A DNA stretch of 64,000 nt from a virus (Duplodnaviria; Heunggongvirae; Uroviricota; Caudoviricetes), in the IMG/VR virus record IMGVR_UViG_3300032007_004072, positions 74,223-138,222 of that record, one strand, 5' to 3'. Below are positions 39,947 to 49,334 of this stretch, in pieces (position 1 is the stretch's first letter; each line of letters starts with the position of its first letter). The notes under the pieces are model-generated. The model searched no databases. It was not told the origin of the DNA and saw only the letters and a program-made list of their open reading frames with translations. The position numbers were made by a program, and so were the translations under genes.

Positions 39947-40249
39947 ATGTATATGAGAATAAGAAATGCATATGTAGTTTATATTGATTTTGATGGAGAT
40001 ATTTATAGTGAAGTAGAAGGTTATTACATATTTGCAGGAGAAGATGCTATTAATGAAGTAAAAGAACTTGTTAGACAAGCACTTAAAGACTTATATAATC
40101 ATCTTGTAAAGAAAGGATGGTCTACAGACTGTGATATTGAGGGACATCTTGTTTCATTAAAAGATGTTATTAATACCGATAAAATATTGGATGCATGGGG
40201 TTGTGGTCATTTTGGCAATTGGACAATTGAAGTAGAAAGGTGTATATAA
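39947..40249 (+). CDS. hypothetical protein
   Basis: ORF track. Confidence 0.6.
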   Translation: MYMRIRNAYVVYIDFDGDIYSEVEGYYIFAGEDAINEVKELVRQALKDLYNHLVKKGWSTDCDIEGHLVSLKDVINTDKILDAWGCGHFGNWTIEVERCI

Positions 40250-40723
40250 TATGTTTTACAGAATCCGTAATCATATTTTTAACCTAGACAGAGTTATTGA
40301 TATTCATATTGAAGATGATTTTATTATAATTAATATGGATAATGGTACTAATTTTAGTATTAGTCTTAATGGTATTAATAGTAGTAAATTAATGGATAGA
40401 ATACAGTTAGATTTACCTACTCTTTGAGGTGATTTTAATGACTCTTAATTATTGTAATACTAAACTTGATAGACATGATAGTATAGTAGTTCCTAGTAGT
40501 AATATTGAAAAAGCTATTATAGAAAATGCTATTATGCTATATGGTAATGATTTTTATGTTCTTACTGAAATTAATGAATTAGAATATAGTCTTAATAGTT
40601 ATATTAAATGTAATGTATGTATATAAGAGAAGATACTTTCTTCTCTTTTTTGCTAAATTTTGCGAAAATTCTCATTATCAGACTATTTATTACTAAAATA
40701 AGGAGTAAAATTACTCCTACTCC

Positions 40724-41839
40724 TTACCATTTACTATGTATATCTTTAAGCAAGTTTATCCACTCATCATAAGATAAATTTTCTATATCTTTAAAAAATT
40801 CATTGTTCCCACTTTTAATAATATTTTTCATTTCTTTATGAGATAAATTATATAATGTTTCTAATTCTTTATATGTATAATTATTATCCCCTATATAAAA
40901 TTTATGACCTTTACGACAGGAGCAACCTTTATTAGGAACACGATTTATTAAGTTATATACGCACAACTTATGGTTACTACCACAAATATTACATTTTCCT
41001 ATTGCACTTGAAGTATCTATTTCATCTAAACACACTATACTAAATTCTCTAATATTCTTACCAATATACTCTAAATATTTTCCTCTATACTTAGGTATAG
41101 GCATTGACTCTGCTTCTTCTAGTGTATAACCATCCAACATTCTTTGATGTATTACATTATATCGTAAGCCTTTACGTTCACAGTATTCTATTAAAAGTTC
41201 ATCTTCATTAGCCCACAAATTTCTATCTTGATTTCTATTCTGCATACTTTTAGGAATCCAATGGCAATTTTCTTTGAAATAACCTATATCATTATTTTTT
41301 CTATCAATAGAGGGTAGGTCATTAGGATTATCTAAACAAGCTAAATACTCTTCATACATATCATTTTGAAAGTTTTCAAAATCTAACCATGATTCTTGTA
41401 TCCCATGTTTGTGATAATATTTATAGTTAATATTTTTAGGATTGGTACACCTATCTACCATACTATACCATATACTATAAAATCTTAAATCTTTAATAAT
41501 TCCTCTCTGCCTATTTATTCTGCCTCCATTTTCTTCATAATAAGCAAATATATCCTCAAAGGAATCTCCTGTTTTATACCTTCTATTATATACCATGGTA
41601 GGACTTATTCTTTTCCTCCTACAGTATTCTAGTACTGACACTAATTCACCATCACAATCAATTAAATATTTTGTACAAGTAGATTTATCCTCTTTTGTTT
41701 CATAATAAGCTACTGCTTGTTCATAGGTTTCTCCGTATTTTTTAACCCTATATTGTACTGCACAATAGTTAAGCTTCTTTCTTTTACAATATTCTTTGGC
41801 AGGAATCATTTCTCCATCTAATTCTAAATAGTGTGCCAA
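40724..41839 (-). CDS. HNH-like endonuclease with HTH repeats and C-terminal zinc motif
   Basis: RFYSIWYSMVDRC...SIDRKNNDIGYFKENCHW...QNRN; TTG start; TTGACT promoter at 41899-41871. Confidence 0.8.
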   Translation of the reverse strand: MAHYLELDGEMIPAKEYCKRKKLNYCAVQYRVKKYGETYEQAVAYYETKEDKSTCTKYLIDCDGELVSVLEYCRRKRISPTMVYNRRYKTGDSFEDIFAYYEENGGRINRQRGIIKDLRFYSIWYSMVDRCTNPKNINYKYYHKHGIQESWLDFENFQNDMYEEYLACLDNPNDLPSIDRKNNDIGYFKENCHWIPKSMQNRNQDRNLWANEDELLIEYCERKGLRYNVIHQRMLDGYTLEEAESMPIPKYRGKYLEYIGKNIREFSIVCLDEIDTSSAIGKCNICGSNHKLCVYNLINRVPNKGCSCRKGHKFYIGDNNYTYKELETLYNLSHKEMKNIIKSGNNEFFKDIENLSYDEWINLLKDIHSKW

Positions 41840-41942
41840 TTTACCTCACTCTCCAATAAGTTTTATTTTTAGTATAGCATAAATTAGTCAAAAAGTCAAG
41901 AAAAAATTTATTGACTTTTTCTATTGACATTACTTTTTAGCT

Positions 41943-42224
41943 GTGTTATACTTATTACATAGAAAGGAGTTGATAAAATTGACCTATTATGATAAATTAG
42001 TTAAAGAGAAAGTTAAACTTCATGAAAAGCTAAAAGAACTTACAGAAGAAATTGCTAAAGTTTATCTTACGCAATATACTTTTATTATTAAAAATGGATT
42101 TATTAGTGAAACTAATAGTTTAAGTATTAAAAATATGGAAAAAGAATACCATAATATAGAATTAGAAATTAGTAAAATTGAATTTGCTATGGAAACTTAT
42201 AAGACATGGCTATGCAATAGTTAG
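41943..42224 (+). CDS. hypothetical coiled-coil protein (start about 41979)
   Basis: Own promoter; AGAAAGGAG RBS. Confidence 0.6.
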   Translation: MLYLLHRKELIKLTYYDKLVKEKVKLHEKLKELTEEIAKVYLTQYTFIIKNGFISETNSLSIKNMEKEYHNIELEISKIEFAMETYKTWLCNS

Positions 42225-42322
42225 GTCTAAAACTTGAATAAACTGTCTGCTAGAGCATAAAAATAGGGTGTTTTTTCTATTGACATTACTTTTTATGTAT
42301 GTTATAGTATATATAAAAGGAG

Positions 42323-42523
42323 TTGATTAATATGTTACTTAAAACTTATAAAGAATTAGTAGAAGAATACGGATTAGATAGAGATAATCTTTGTTATGGT
42401 GTTAATATTAGTAGACTTAAACATCTAGGTGAAGTTGTTATTGGTGTTTATTTAAAGGAAGATGACATGTATATTATTGATGGACAGTATTACTATCCGT
42501 GGATGATATCTTCTCTAAATTAA
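42323..42523 (+). CDS. hypothetical protein
   Basis: Own promoter; paralog of 39620. Confidence 0.62.
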   Translation: MINMLLKTYKELVEEYGLDRDNLCYGVNISRLKHLGEVVIGVYLKEDDMYIIDGQYYYPWMISSLN

Positions 42524-42912
42524 AATTTACTATTGACATAACTCTATAAGTATGTTATACTATATATATAGATTGAAAGGAGAGATTAATAATGTTTAGT
42601 GTAAATGATACTTTTACTATTGTTAATATTGATATTGCTAATAAGCTATATATTATTAGTATTAATGGTAAATTATATACTATTTCCTTTTCTTCAATTA
42701 TTCCGCGAAAATAAGGAGAGATTAATAATGACTACTAAGCAAAAAGAACTTATGCTATCTTTATTTAAGATTTTAGGAGATATTAATAAAGAAGCTATTG
42801 AAGATGTAGATTTTAATTATTTTCTTGCTGATACTTTAAATGGTCATATTAATTGTTCATTAGATGAATTAGCTATGCGTATTTTTGCTAAGACTATTGG
42901 GGAGGAATAATA

Positions 42913-43332
42913 ATGATTAGTATTGATAAAATGAAAGAACTTGCCCAAAAAGAAGTAGAAGCTGAAAAAGAACTTGCTGAAATTAAATATAATAAGGATT
43001 TGGCTCGTTACAGAGATAAACTTAAAGAAGTAAAGCCTAAACTCATGGAATACATTGAAAAATGTATCTATAATGGACTTAAATACAATAAGAAAATAGG
43101 GCTTTATACATCTTTTGTTGAAGATATATTTAAGCCTATTAGAGATTATGGGGATAATGTATTATATTATTTAGCTGACCCTAATCGTAAAACTATTAGT
43201 GCTTATGATGTTGCTTTAAAAGAATTAGCAGATGATGTAAGAGAAGAACTATTTAATGCAGGAGTTAAACATATTGTTTCTAATGATAGGAATTGTTATA
43301 TGGGCGAACCTTATCTTTTCTTGGAGGTATAA
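42913..43332 (+). CDS. hypothetical protein
   Basis: ORF track; GGAGG RBS. Confidence 0.68.
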   Translation: MISIDKMKELAQKEVEAEKELAEIKYNKDLARYRDKLKEVKPKLMEYIEKCIYNGLKYNKKIGLYTSFVEDIFKPIRDYGDNVLYYLADPNRKTISAYDVALKELADDVREELFNAGVKHIVSNDRNCYMGEPYLFLEV

Positions 43333-43653
43333 GTATGGATATTAAAGACATTACTATTATTAATATAGCATATAATATTATTTGTTGGAGTATATTTATA
43401 TATTTAGTATAGCATATAAGAGGAAATCTTTTTCCTCTTTTTATTATGCTTAATTTTCAGACTATTCTGTTTGTGTAACTTCTTTCCATTTTTATTAATT
43501 AGAGGTGATTATTTTTAGCACCAATTTTATGTTGTTTAGTGCTAATTTTAGCACTAATTTTTTCTCAAAATGTGCTAACCCTTGATATATCTATGCTTGA
43601 CAATTATATATGGAGGTGTTACAATATAAGAAAAACTATAAGGAGAGAACCCA

Positions 43654-44952
43654 ATGTGCAAAATCCATGTAATTGACGCTCCCTGTGGGGCAGGTAAAAG
43701 TTATGCAATGGCAAACATGATTAATTCTAAACTAGGTGGATTTAATTATATATATGTAACACCACGCTTAAAAGATTTTGATTATTTTGCAAATAATCTC
43801 AAGAAGACTTTTAGGCTTAAAGGTCTTTCCTTAAAGGATATTAGTGATGACGATTTAATAAAGTCTATGTTTAATCAACCAAAAAATAATGGTAAGGGTG
43901 GCAAATTAGCTGACCTAAAAAGACTTATTACTCGTAAGCAAAATATTATGACTACTCATGCACTCTTTAAGATTTGTGATGAAGAATTTGCAGAATTAGT
44001 TAAAGAACGCAACTATATTCTTATTTTAGATGAGTCTTTGTCTGTAGTAGAGCCTATTAAGGAGTCAGAAGTATGTTATATGGATTTAAAAGCTATGGAA
44101 GCAATAGGGATTATATCTATTGATAAAGATACAGGATTAATTACATACAATACTGATAATGAATATCCTCCTAAAGGTGTTCATGCTAAACAGTTATATA
44201 GATTTAAGAATAATTCTGCATATATATACAAAAAGAAGAAACTTGTGTGGACATTTCCTGTACAATTTTTTGATTGTTTTAAAGAAGTATACTTATGTAC
44301 ATTTATGTTCTATGCACAACTACAAAAGCACTACTTTGATTTCTTTGGATTTGACTATGAATTATTAACAATAAAAAATAGAGAAATTATTCCTTATGAA
44401 AGACAATTTCCTAATTTTGATAAATTACACATATGTCAAGATGAGAAACTAAATAGCATAGGTGATAGAGAAGCAGGTAAAAAGCGTAACTCTACTCTAT
44501 CAATTAATTGGTATAAATATGCAACTAAAACACAGTTAGAACAAATGAGCAATAATATTTATAATTACGTCAGAAATAAACGTAAAGCACCTGCAAATAA
44601 AATACTTTGGACAACATATTCAAAATATGAAAAGGTACTAAGTGGCAAAGGATATACAAATTCTTTTGCTTCATGGACTACTCGCAGTACTGAACAATAT
44701 GTTGGTCGTGATACTGTTGTTTATCCAATCAATGTATTTTTAAATCCTAGTGTATCTGAATTTTTTAGGCAAAGAAAAATCAGTGTTGATGTTGACCAAT
44801 GGGCATTATCCGAAATGATACAATTTATTTGGCGGTCAGCAATTAGAAGAGACTTGGATACTTATGTGTATATTCCTTCTAACAGAATGAGAGGATTGTT
44901 GGAACAATACATTCACTTATCAAAAGTCTATGAACCTAACAAAATGTTCTAA
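43654..44952 (+). CDS. SF2/DEAD-like helicase-domain protein, possible origin-binding protein
   Basis: Walker A DAPCGAGKS, TTHALF, Walker B LILDES, QFIWRSAIR, YIPSNRMR. Confidence 0.78.
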   Translation: MCKIHVIDAPCGAGKSYAMANMINSKLGGFNYIYVTPRLKDFDYFANNLKKTFRLKGLSLKDISDDDLIKSMFNQPKNNGKGGKLADLKRLITRKQNIMTTHALFKICDEEFAELVKERNYILILDESLSVVEPIKESEVCYMDLKAMEAIGIISIDKDTGLITYNTDNEYPPKGVHAKQLYRFKNNSAYIYKKKKLVWTFPVQFFDCFKEVYLCTFMFYAQLQKHYFDFFGFDYELLTIKNREIIPYERQFPNFDKLHICQDEKLNSIGDREAGKKRNSTLSINWYKYATKTQLEQMSNNIYNYVRNKRKAPANKILWTTYSKYEKVLSGKGYTNSFASWTTRSTEQYVGRDTVVYPINVFLNPSVSEFFRQRKISVDVDQWALSEMIQFIWRSAIRRDLDTYVYIPSNRMRGLLEQYIHLSKVYEPNKMF

Positions 44953-45332
44953 ACCGCTTATGCTTAATCTCTTTTCTCATTCTCTTTTTCTTTTTTCTTA
45001 TTACAATTCTAGCACCGAAAAAATTTTTTTGGTGCTAAAATTGAAAATAAACCTAGTAATATCAAGGGTTCTAGGACTTTTTATTAAAGAATATATAAAG
45101 AATAATTTATAGCATAGGGCAGGGATAAATTTAACAATTTCTCCCTACCCCATGTTTGCTCTAACCGAGGGGGTCTGGGGGATACTTCCCCCTCATATAT
45201 GTTTTGAGTAGCCTCCCTATCCTAAGCGGTAAACTGTAACATATTAACATACTAAAGGATTTTGTTATTGACAAAACAGTAAAAATATGTTATAATATGA
45301 CTAGTTAAATAGTTAAGGAAGGTGATAACATT

Positions 45333-45554
45333 ATGGATGTATTTGAGTTGCTAGATGATACAACAACATGTAATGGCACATTTTATAAAAAAGGAACAAA
45401 GTTTTGGTTAAGAAAGAATGTGGATAATTTAGGACTTTTCTTTAGTTTATTAGGTTCAACAAAAGATGATTTAGTATTAGATATGACTTCGTTATATTTA
45501 GTATTCAAACCTTGTGATTATTATGAAGATGAAGAGGATGAAGAAGAACAATGA
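45333..45554 (+). CDS. hypothetical protein with acidic tail
   Basis: Own promoter; GGAAGGTG RBS. Confidence 0.65.
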   Translation: MDVFELLDDTTTCNGTFYKKGTKFWLRKNVDNLGLFFSLLGSTKDDLVLDMTSLYLVFKPCDYYEDEEDEEEQ

Positions 45555-45817
45555 GGCTATATCAACTAAGTCATAATGCTAATGTGGTTCATTTAGATTC
45601 TGCATACATTTTATTCTCGTACAACGAACCTATAGCTATGTATAATGATGATGATACTTTGTTTTTGGTAAAAAATTGGGATAAGTTTTCACAATCAACA
45701 AATAAACATACCTATGAATTTTTAAGACAATACACGGCATATAAAACAATAAGAACAAAGAGAGAAGTAGAATCCTTAATAAAAAATAATTCTATAAAAA
45801 TAGTTGACAGTTTGTAG
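45551..45817 (+). CDS. hypothetical protein
   Basis: LFSYNEPIA...FSQSTNKH. Confidence 0.68.
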   Translation: MRLYQLSHNANVVHLDSAYILFSYNEPIAMYNDDDTLFLVKNWDKFSQSTNKHTYEFLRQYTAYKTIRTKREVESLIKNNSIKIVDSL

Positions 45818-45837
45818 AAAGTATGGTAATATAAGAG

Positions 45838-45937
45838 AGTAGGTTCTTTTGCATTGGGAACTTACAAGAATCTTAATAGATTCATCTCCTTTTAGAGAAA
45901 TATCCTTAGTAGTCCTACCTACTAGGGATATTTTTTT
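45838..45937 (+). ncRNA. candidate sRNA-1
   Basis: TTGACA 45804-17-TAATAT; hairpins; CATCTCCTTTT; 13-bp terminator stem plus T-run; no RBS-ORF. Confidence 0.65.
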
Positions 45938-45974
45938 ATCTTGACAAATAAAGCTAAATATGCTATATTATAAG

Positions 45975-46050
45975 TGGGCTATGGCTTCAACACTTTTCTT
46001 CTTTTATAATTTCAAATTACAAAAAAGGCTCTTGACAAAGGGCTTTTTTT
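45975..46050 (+). ncRNA. candidate sRNA-2
   Basis: TTGACA 45941-17-TATATT; 5' hairpin, U/C-rich linker, terminator. Confidence 0.5.
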
Positions 46051-46091
46051 GTGCTATAATATTGTAAATTATTAATAGAAAGGACAAAACA

Positions 46092-46187
46092 ATGGAATAT
46101 CTAAGCATTTTAGACGTAAGAGGAACAAATATAATCTGTCACTATAGGGGAAGGCTTATAGTGTTGTATATGGGGTATTCACTCTAA
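46092..46187 (+). CDS. 31-aa peptide (not in track)
   Basis: Promoter 46032/46055; AGAAAGGA RBS; MEYLSILDVRG... Confidence 0.5.
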   Translation: MEYLSILDVRGTNIICHYRGRLIVLYMGYSL

Positions 46188-46241
46188 AAATAATTTCAAA
46201 AAAAGTGTTGACAAGGGCTTTAGAATTTGCTATACTAAGTA

Positions 46242-46397
46242 TGTAATCGAGATGGGGAAGCCTTGATTGCGGTAACTACAAATAGCTATTAGCAAGTCAG
46301 AAAACTAATAGCAAAAGCATAAGATGTATGTATCCGATACAGATTATGTAAGACTGTGTTCGGAGAATAAGCAGAGGTGGGGATCTCTGCTATTTTC
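46242..46397 (+). ncRNA. candidate sRNA-3 (four hairpins)
   Basis: TTGACA 46208-17-TATACT; three stems plus GCAGAG/CTCTGC terminator; no RBS-ORF. Confidence 0.65.
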
Positions 46398-46483
46398 CAT
46401 ATATGAAATTCACAGAAAATTCTAGTTAAATGATAATTAATTTTATGACTTGACAAATTTGAAAAAATGTGTTATAATATATA

Positions 46484-46590
46484 TAGAAGGTGGAAATCAT
46501 CTTCTATCATTATCATTACTTACACTATACACACGTGTAAGTTTAACATTACCGTTTGTCATTGGGGGAGTAAAATCCCCCTAAATTTTT
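46484..46590 (+). ncRNA. candidate sRNA-4
   Basis: TTGACA 46450-17-TATAAT; two stems plus GGGGGA/TCCCCC terminator. Confidence 0.62.
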
Positions 46591-46621
46591 AATTAAAAAC
46601 ACTAATGAGGTGATTATATAA

Positions 46622-46861
46622 ATGAGCGTAGTAGATGACCTTACCCTCTTTGTGCGCAAATGTTACAAAGAGGCTTTTCAGAAGTATTATTTTGCACAAA
46701 AGACAAACAATACAAATGATGTATTATTCTTTTCGGGACAAGTAACATTTTTAGAGCAAAATTTTGCAACATATTTAGGACTAGATGTAGATAAACAAGA
46801 ATTAAAAGATTCAGCTAAAGAAGAAGTTGATTCTTTATTAGATTTTTATAATTCTCCTTGA
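46622..46861 (+). CDS. hypothetical protein (similar to 49832..50086)
   Basis: YK.A...YYF...Y..G...FLE.NF. Confidence 0.68.
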   Translation: MSVVDDLTLFVRKCYKEAFQKYYFAQKTNNTNDVLFFSGQVTFLEQNFATYLGLDVDKQELKDSAKEEVDSLLDFYNSP

Positions 46862-46891
46862 CAAATTGTTAAAATGATGGTATATTAAACA

Positions 46892-46970
46892 TGTACCTTC
46901 CTTTAACTCAATTCAACATAATCAACTTACAAGGGAAAGAGCCTACGAAAAATAATCGTAGGCTTTTTTC
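46892..46970 (+). ncRNA. candidate sRNA-5, antisense to early-gene leader
   Basis: TTGACA 46858-17-TATATT; ACCTTCCTTTAACTC...AACTTACA; terminator GAGCCTACGA/TCGTAGGCTT. Confidence 0.68.
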
Positions 46971-47041
46971 TTTTTTATACTTGACAATACTTTTAGTATG
47001 TGTTATACTTAAAGTACATTAACAGAAAGGAATGATAAACA

Positions 47042-47236
47042 ATGACACTTGAAGAAATTAAACAAGCAGTAAACAGTGGTAAGCATGTGTATTGGTGTAA
47101 TAATAATTATGAAGTAATTAAAGATAAATATGACCAATGGTTTATTGTATGCTATATTGGTAATACTATTGGACTTACTTGGAGAGATGGCAAAACTCTT
47201 AACGGAAAAGAAGAAGAATTTTATATTGGAGAGTAA
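47042..47236 (+). CDS. hypothetical protein
   Basis: MTLEEIKQAV..GK.V.W.N..YEV; own promoter. Confidence 0.72.
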   Translation: MTLEEIKQAVNSGKHVYWCNNNYEVIKDKYDQWFIVCYIGNTIGLTWRDGKTLNGKEEEFYIGE

Positions 47237-47322
47237 AAAAGTTCTTGACACTTAAAGTAAAATATGGTACTATATAAGCATAGAAGAAATAAACACCTTG
47301 TATTAAAAAGGAGAGATTGATT

Positions 47323-47673
47323 ATGTTAGAAGTAAAAATGGAAATGAGCTTTGAAGACTTGAAAAATAATTGTTGGAGTGGAGCACTTGACAGAATTAAA
47401 GAGATTGAAGAAAAAGGGCTTGATGACACCTTAATGTCTTACCTTGAAGAAATCTTCTGTGATGAAATTCCTGAAATGGTAACTGTCAACGATTGGTTGT
47501 GGTTCGAGGCCGATGATTGGATTCTTAGAAATACAGAAGTAGAAGACAAGGAACAAGTTAAAAAAGAACTTGACGATGCAGGAAAATGCTATGATGAAGA
47601 TGAATTTAATGAACTTGACATGGATGATTATTCAACCATTGAAGAAGTAATGGATGAATTAAACATTGATTAA
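47323..47673 (+). CDS. very acidic protein, DNA-mimic candidate
   Basis: 39 D/E in 116 aa; WSGA...VNDWLWFE motif. Confidence 0.7.
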   Translation: MLEVKMEMSFEDLKNNCWSGALDRIKEIEEKGLDDTLMSYLEEIFCDEIPEMVTVNDWLWFEADDWILRNTEVEDKEQVKKELDDAGKCYDEDEFNELDMDDYSTIEEVMDELNID

Positions 47674-47844
47674 ATAATATTGACTAGGATGAAAAATTCC
47701 TAGTCTTTATTGCTTTTTATTACTTTCAGAATATTTATAATAGAGCGATTTTCAGACAACTTCTTTGTGGACATTTGTATTTTTCCTCTTGACTTTTTGA
47801 TTTATTTATGCTATACTAAAAGAAAAATTAAAGGAGTAATAAGT

Positions 47845-48888
47845 ATGAATTATTTAGACGCAAAGAGCAATGGTAAACGTAAATCAAAAAATCAGCGATT
47901 GCGTAGAATATGGTATCAAATGGTGTATAGATGTTATAATTCTAAGTGCAAAGCGTACCCTTTATATGGTGGTAGGGGAATTAAAGTACAAGAATCGTGG
48001 AAAGATAATTATTTTAACTTTGAAGATGATTTATACGATAGTTATATTAAACATGTGGAAGAATATGGAGAGAAAGACACAACTTTAGATAGAATTGATT
48101 ATAACGGAAATTACGAATTACCCAATTTACGTTGGGCTACACAAGAAGAACAAGCAAACAATACTAGTCGCAACTTTATAGTCATAGATGGATTAAATTT
48201 AACACAATTTAGTAATAAGTATGATTTACCTGTTGCAACTGTATGGGCAAGACTACATTATGGGTGGACAATAGAAAAAATTATAACTACACCTGTTAGA
48301 AAATTATCACCTAAAATTTATGCACCAACAGGAGAAAGTATAGAAGAACTTGCTAAAAGATTGAATATAAATAAAAGTACTATAAAAAGTAGGCTTAATA
48401 GAGGTTGGACATGGGAAAAAATATTAAATACTCAAGTTAGAGAGTCAATTGTTGCTCCAACAGGAGAATCTTTGCAAGAAATTGCAGATAAGTTTGGTAT
48501 TTCTCCTCACACGATAAAAACACGGCTTAATAGGGGTTGGACATGGGAAGAAGCTTTAAGTAATCCAGTTAGAAATATTTCTAAAATTGTGTTATCAACA
48601 GGGGAAACAATAGCAGAATTAAGTGAGCGTACAGGTATTTCTAAAAAGGTAATAGATACTAGGTTTCATCATGGTTGGTCAGTAGAAAAAATAATAAATA
48701 CACCTGTAGAACCTAGATATAAATATTATTTACCTTGTAATAAGTCATTAAAAGAACATTGTAATAAAAATAATTATAATTATAAGACAATAGTTAACTA
48801 TATTAAAAAATATAACTTAGAACCTCATGAAGCATTAGCCAAATATTTAGAAAATAAACAAAAAAGAAATAATAAAAATACCCCTTGA
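47845..48888 (+). CDS. HNH-like endonuclease with five C-terminal HTH repeats
   Basis: RLRRIWYQMVYRC..YGGRGI..TLDRIDYNGNYELPNLRWATQEEQANN; RL..GW..EKI..TPV repeats; start trimmed to ATG 47845. Confidence 0.85.
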   Translation: MNYLDAKSNGKRKSKNQRLRRIWYQMVYRCYNSKCKAYPLYGGRGIKVQESWKDNYFNFEDDLYDSYIKHVEEYGEKDTTLDRIDYNGNYELPNLRWATQEEQANNTSRNFIVIDGLNLTQFSNKYDLPVATVWARLHYGWTIEKIITTPVRKLSPKIYAPTGESIEELAKRLNINKSTIKSRLNRGWTWEKILNTQVRESIVAPTGESLQEIADKFGISPHTIKTRLNRGWTWEEALSNPVRNISKIVLSTGETIAELSERTGISKKVIDTRFHHGWSVEKIINTPVEPRYKYYLPCNKSLKEHCNKNNYNYKTIVNYIKKYNLEPHEALAKYLENKQKRNNKNTP

Positions 48889-48919
48889 CAATCTTTTTAG
48901 TATTTGCTATACTATAAGC

Positions 48920-49048
48920 AGTTAGAGAACACCAAATCTCTAACTAAGCATATATTTTTATCCCTTTCTAATGTCTTTGATTGAATCAAGGACGCTCAGC
49001 TTTTAACCTTACATGGATTATGGCAGGAATAAATTTCCTGTCATTTTT
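48920..49048 (+). ncRNA. candidate sRNA-6
   Basis: TTGACA 48885-17-TATACT; two stems, ATCCCTTTCT and AACCTTACA, GCAGG terminator. Confidence 0.65.
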
Positions 49049-49093
49049 CATTTTCCCTATTGACAGGATAATTGCTATATGCTATAATGAGTA

Positions 49094-49190
49094 CATAAGG
49101 TTGAAGTGAAACAGCCTTACACCTACCTTTCATAAAACTCTTTTAACTGCAAGATTGGGCTTAAAGAGCGAGGACTTTTTAAGCCTTTTC
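49094..49190 (+). ncRNA. candidate sRNA-7
   Basis: TTGACA 49060-17-TATAAT; 5' hairpin, ACCTACCTTTCATAAAACTC, terminator. Confidence 0.65.
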
Positions 49191-49334
49191 TTGTGTCACA
49201 AACAATGGAGGTCAATTAATTTGGAAACTACAGAATACCTACAAAGATTAAGACAGGAAATTAACAATGGAATAACATACAAAGATATTGAAAAAAGTAC
49301 TTGACAAGCAAAGCGAAATTTAGTAATATAATAT

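Noticed and set aside
37700-42300. Strand-composition flip as evidence of an origin
   Set aside because: The A/G-rich versus T-rich switch tracks the HNH-family codon usage and the minus-strand HNH gene, so it is not independent evidence.
43513-45070. Terminal inverted repeats of a transposon around the helicase-like gene
   Set aside because: The two inverted motifs occur in A-B...A'-B' order rather than nested A-B...B'-A'; no transposase or target duplication.
16040-45427. Isolated TGTGGATAA DnaA boxes at about 16040 and 45419
   Set aside because: Single copies inside coding sequence, expected by chance.
46285-46312. tracrRNA-like TAGCAAGT in sRNA-3
   Set aside because: Only 8 nt match, with no anti-repeat or nexus context.
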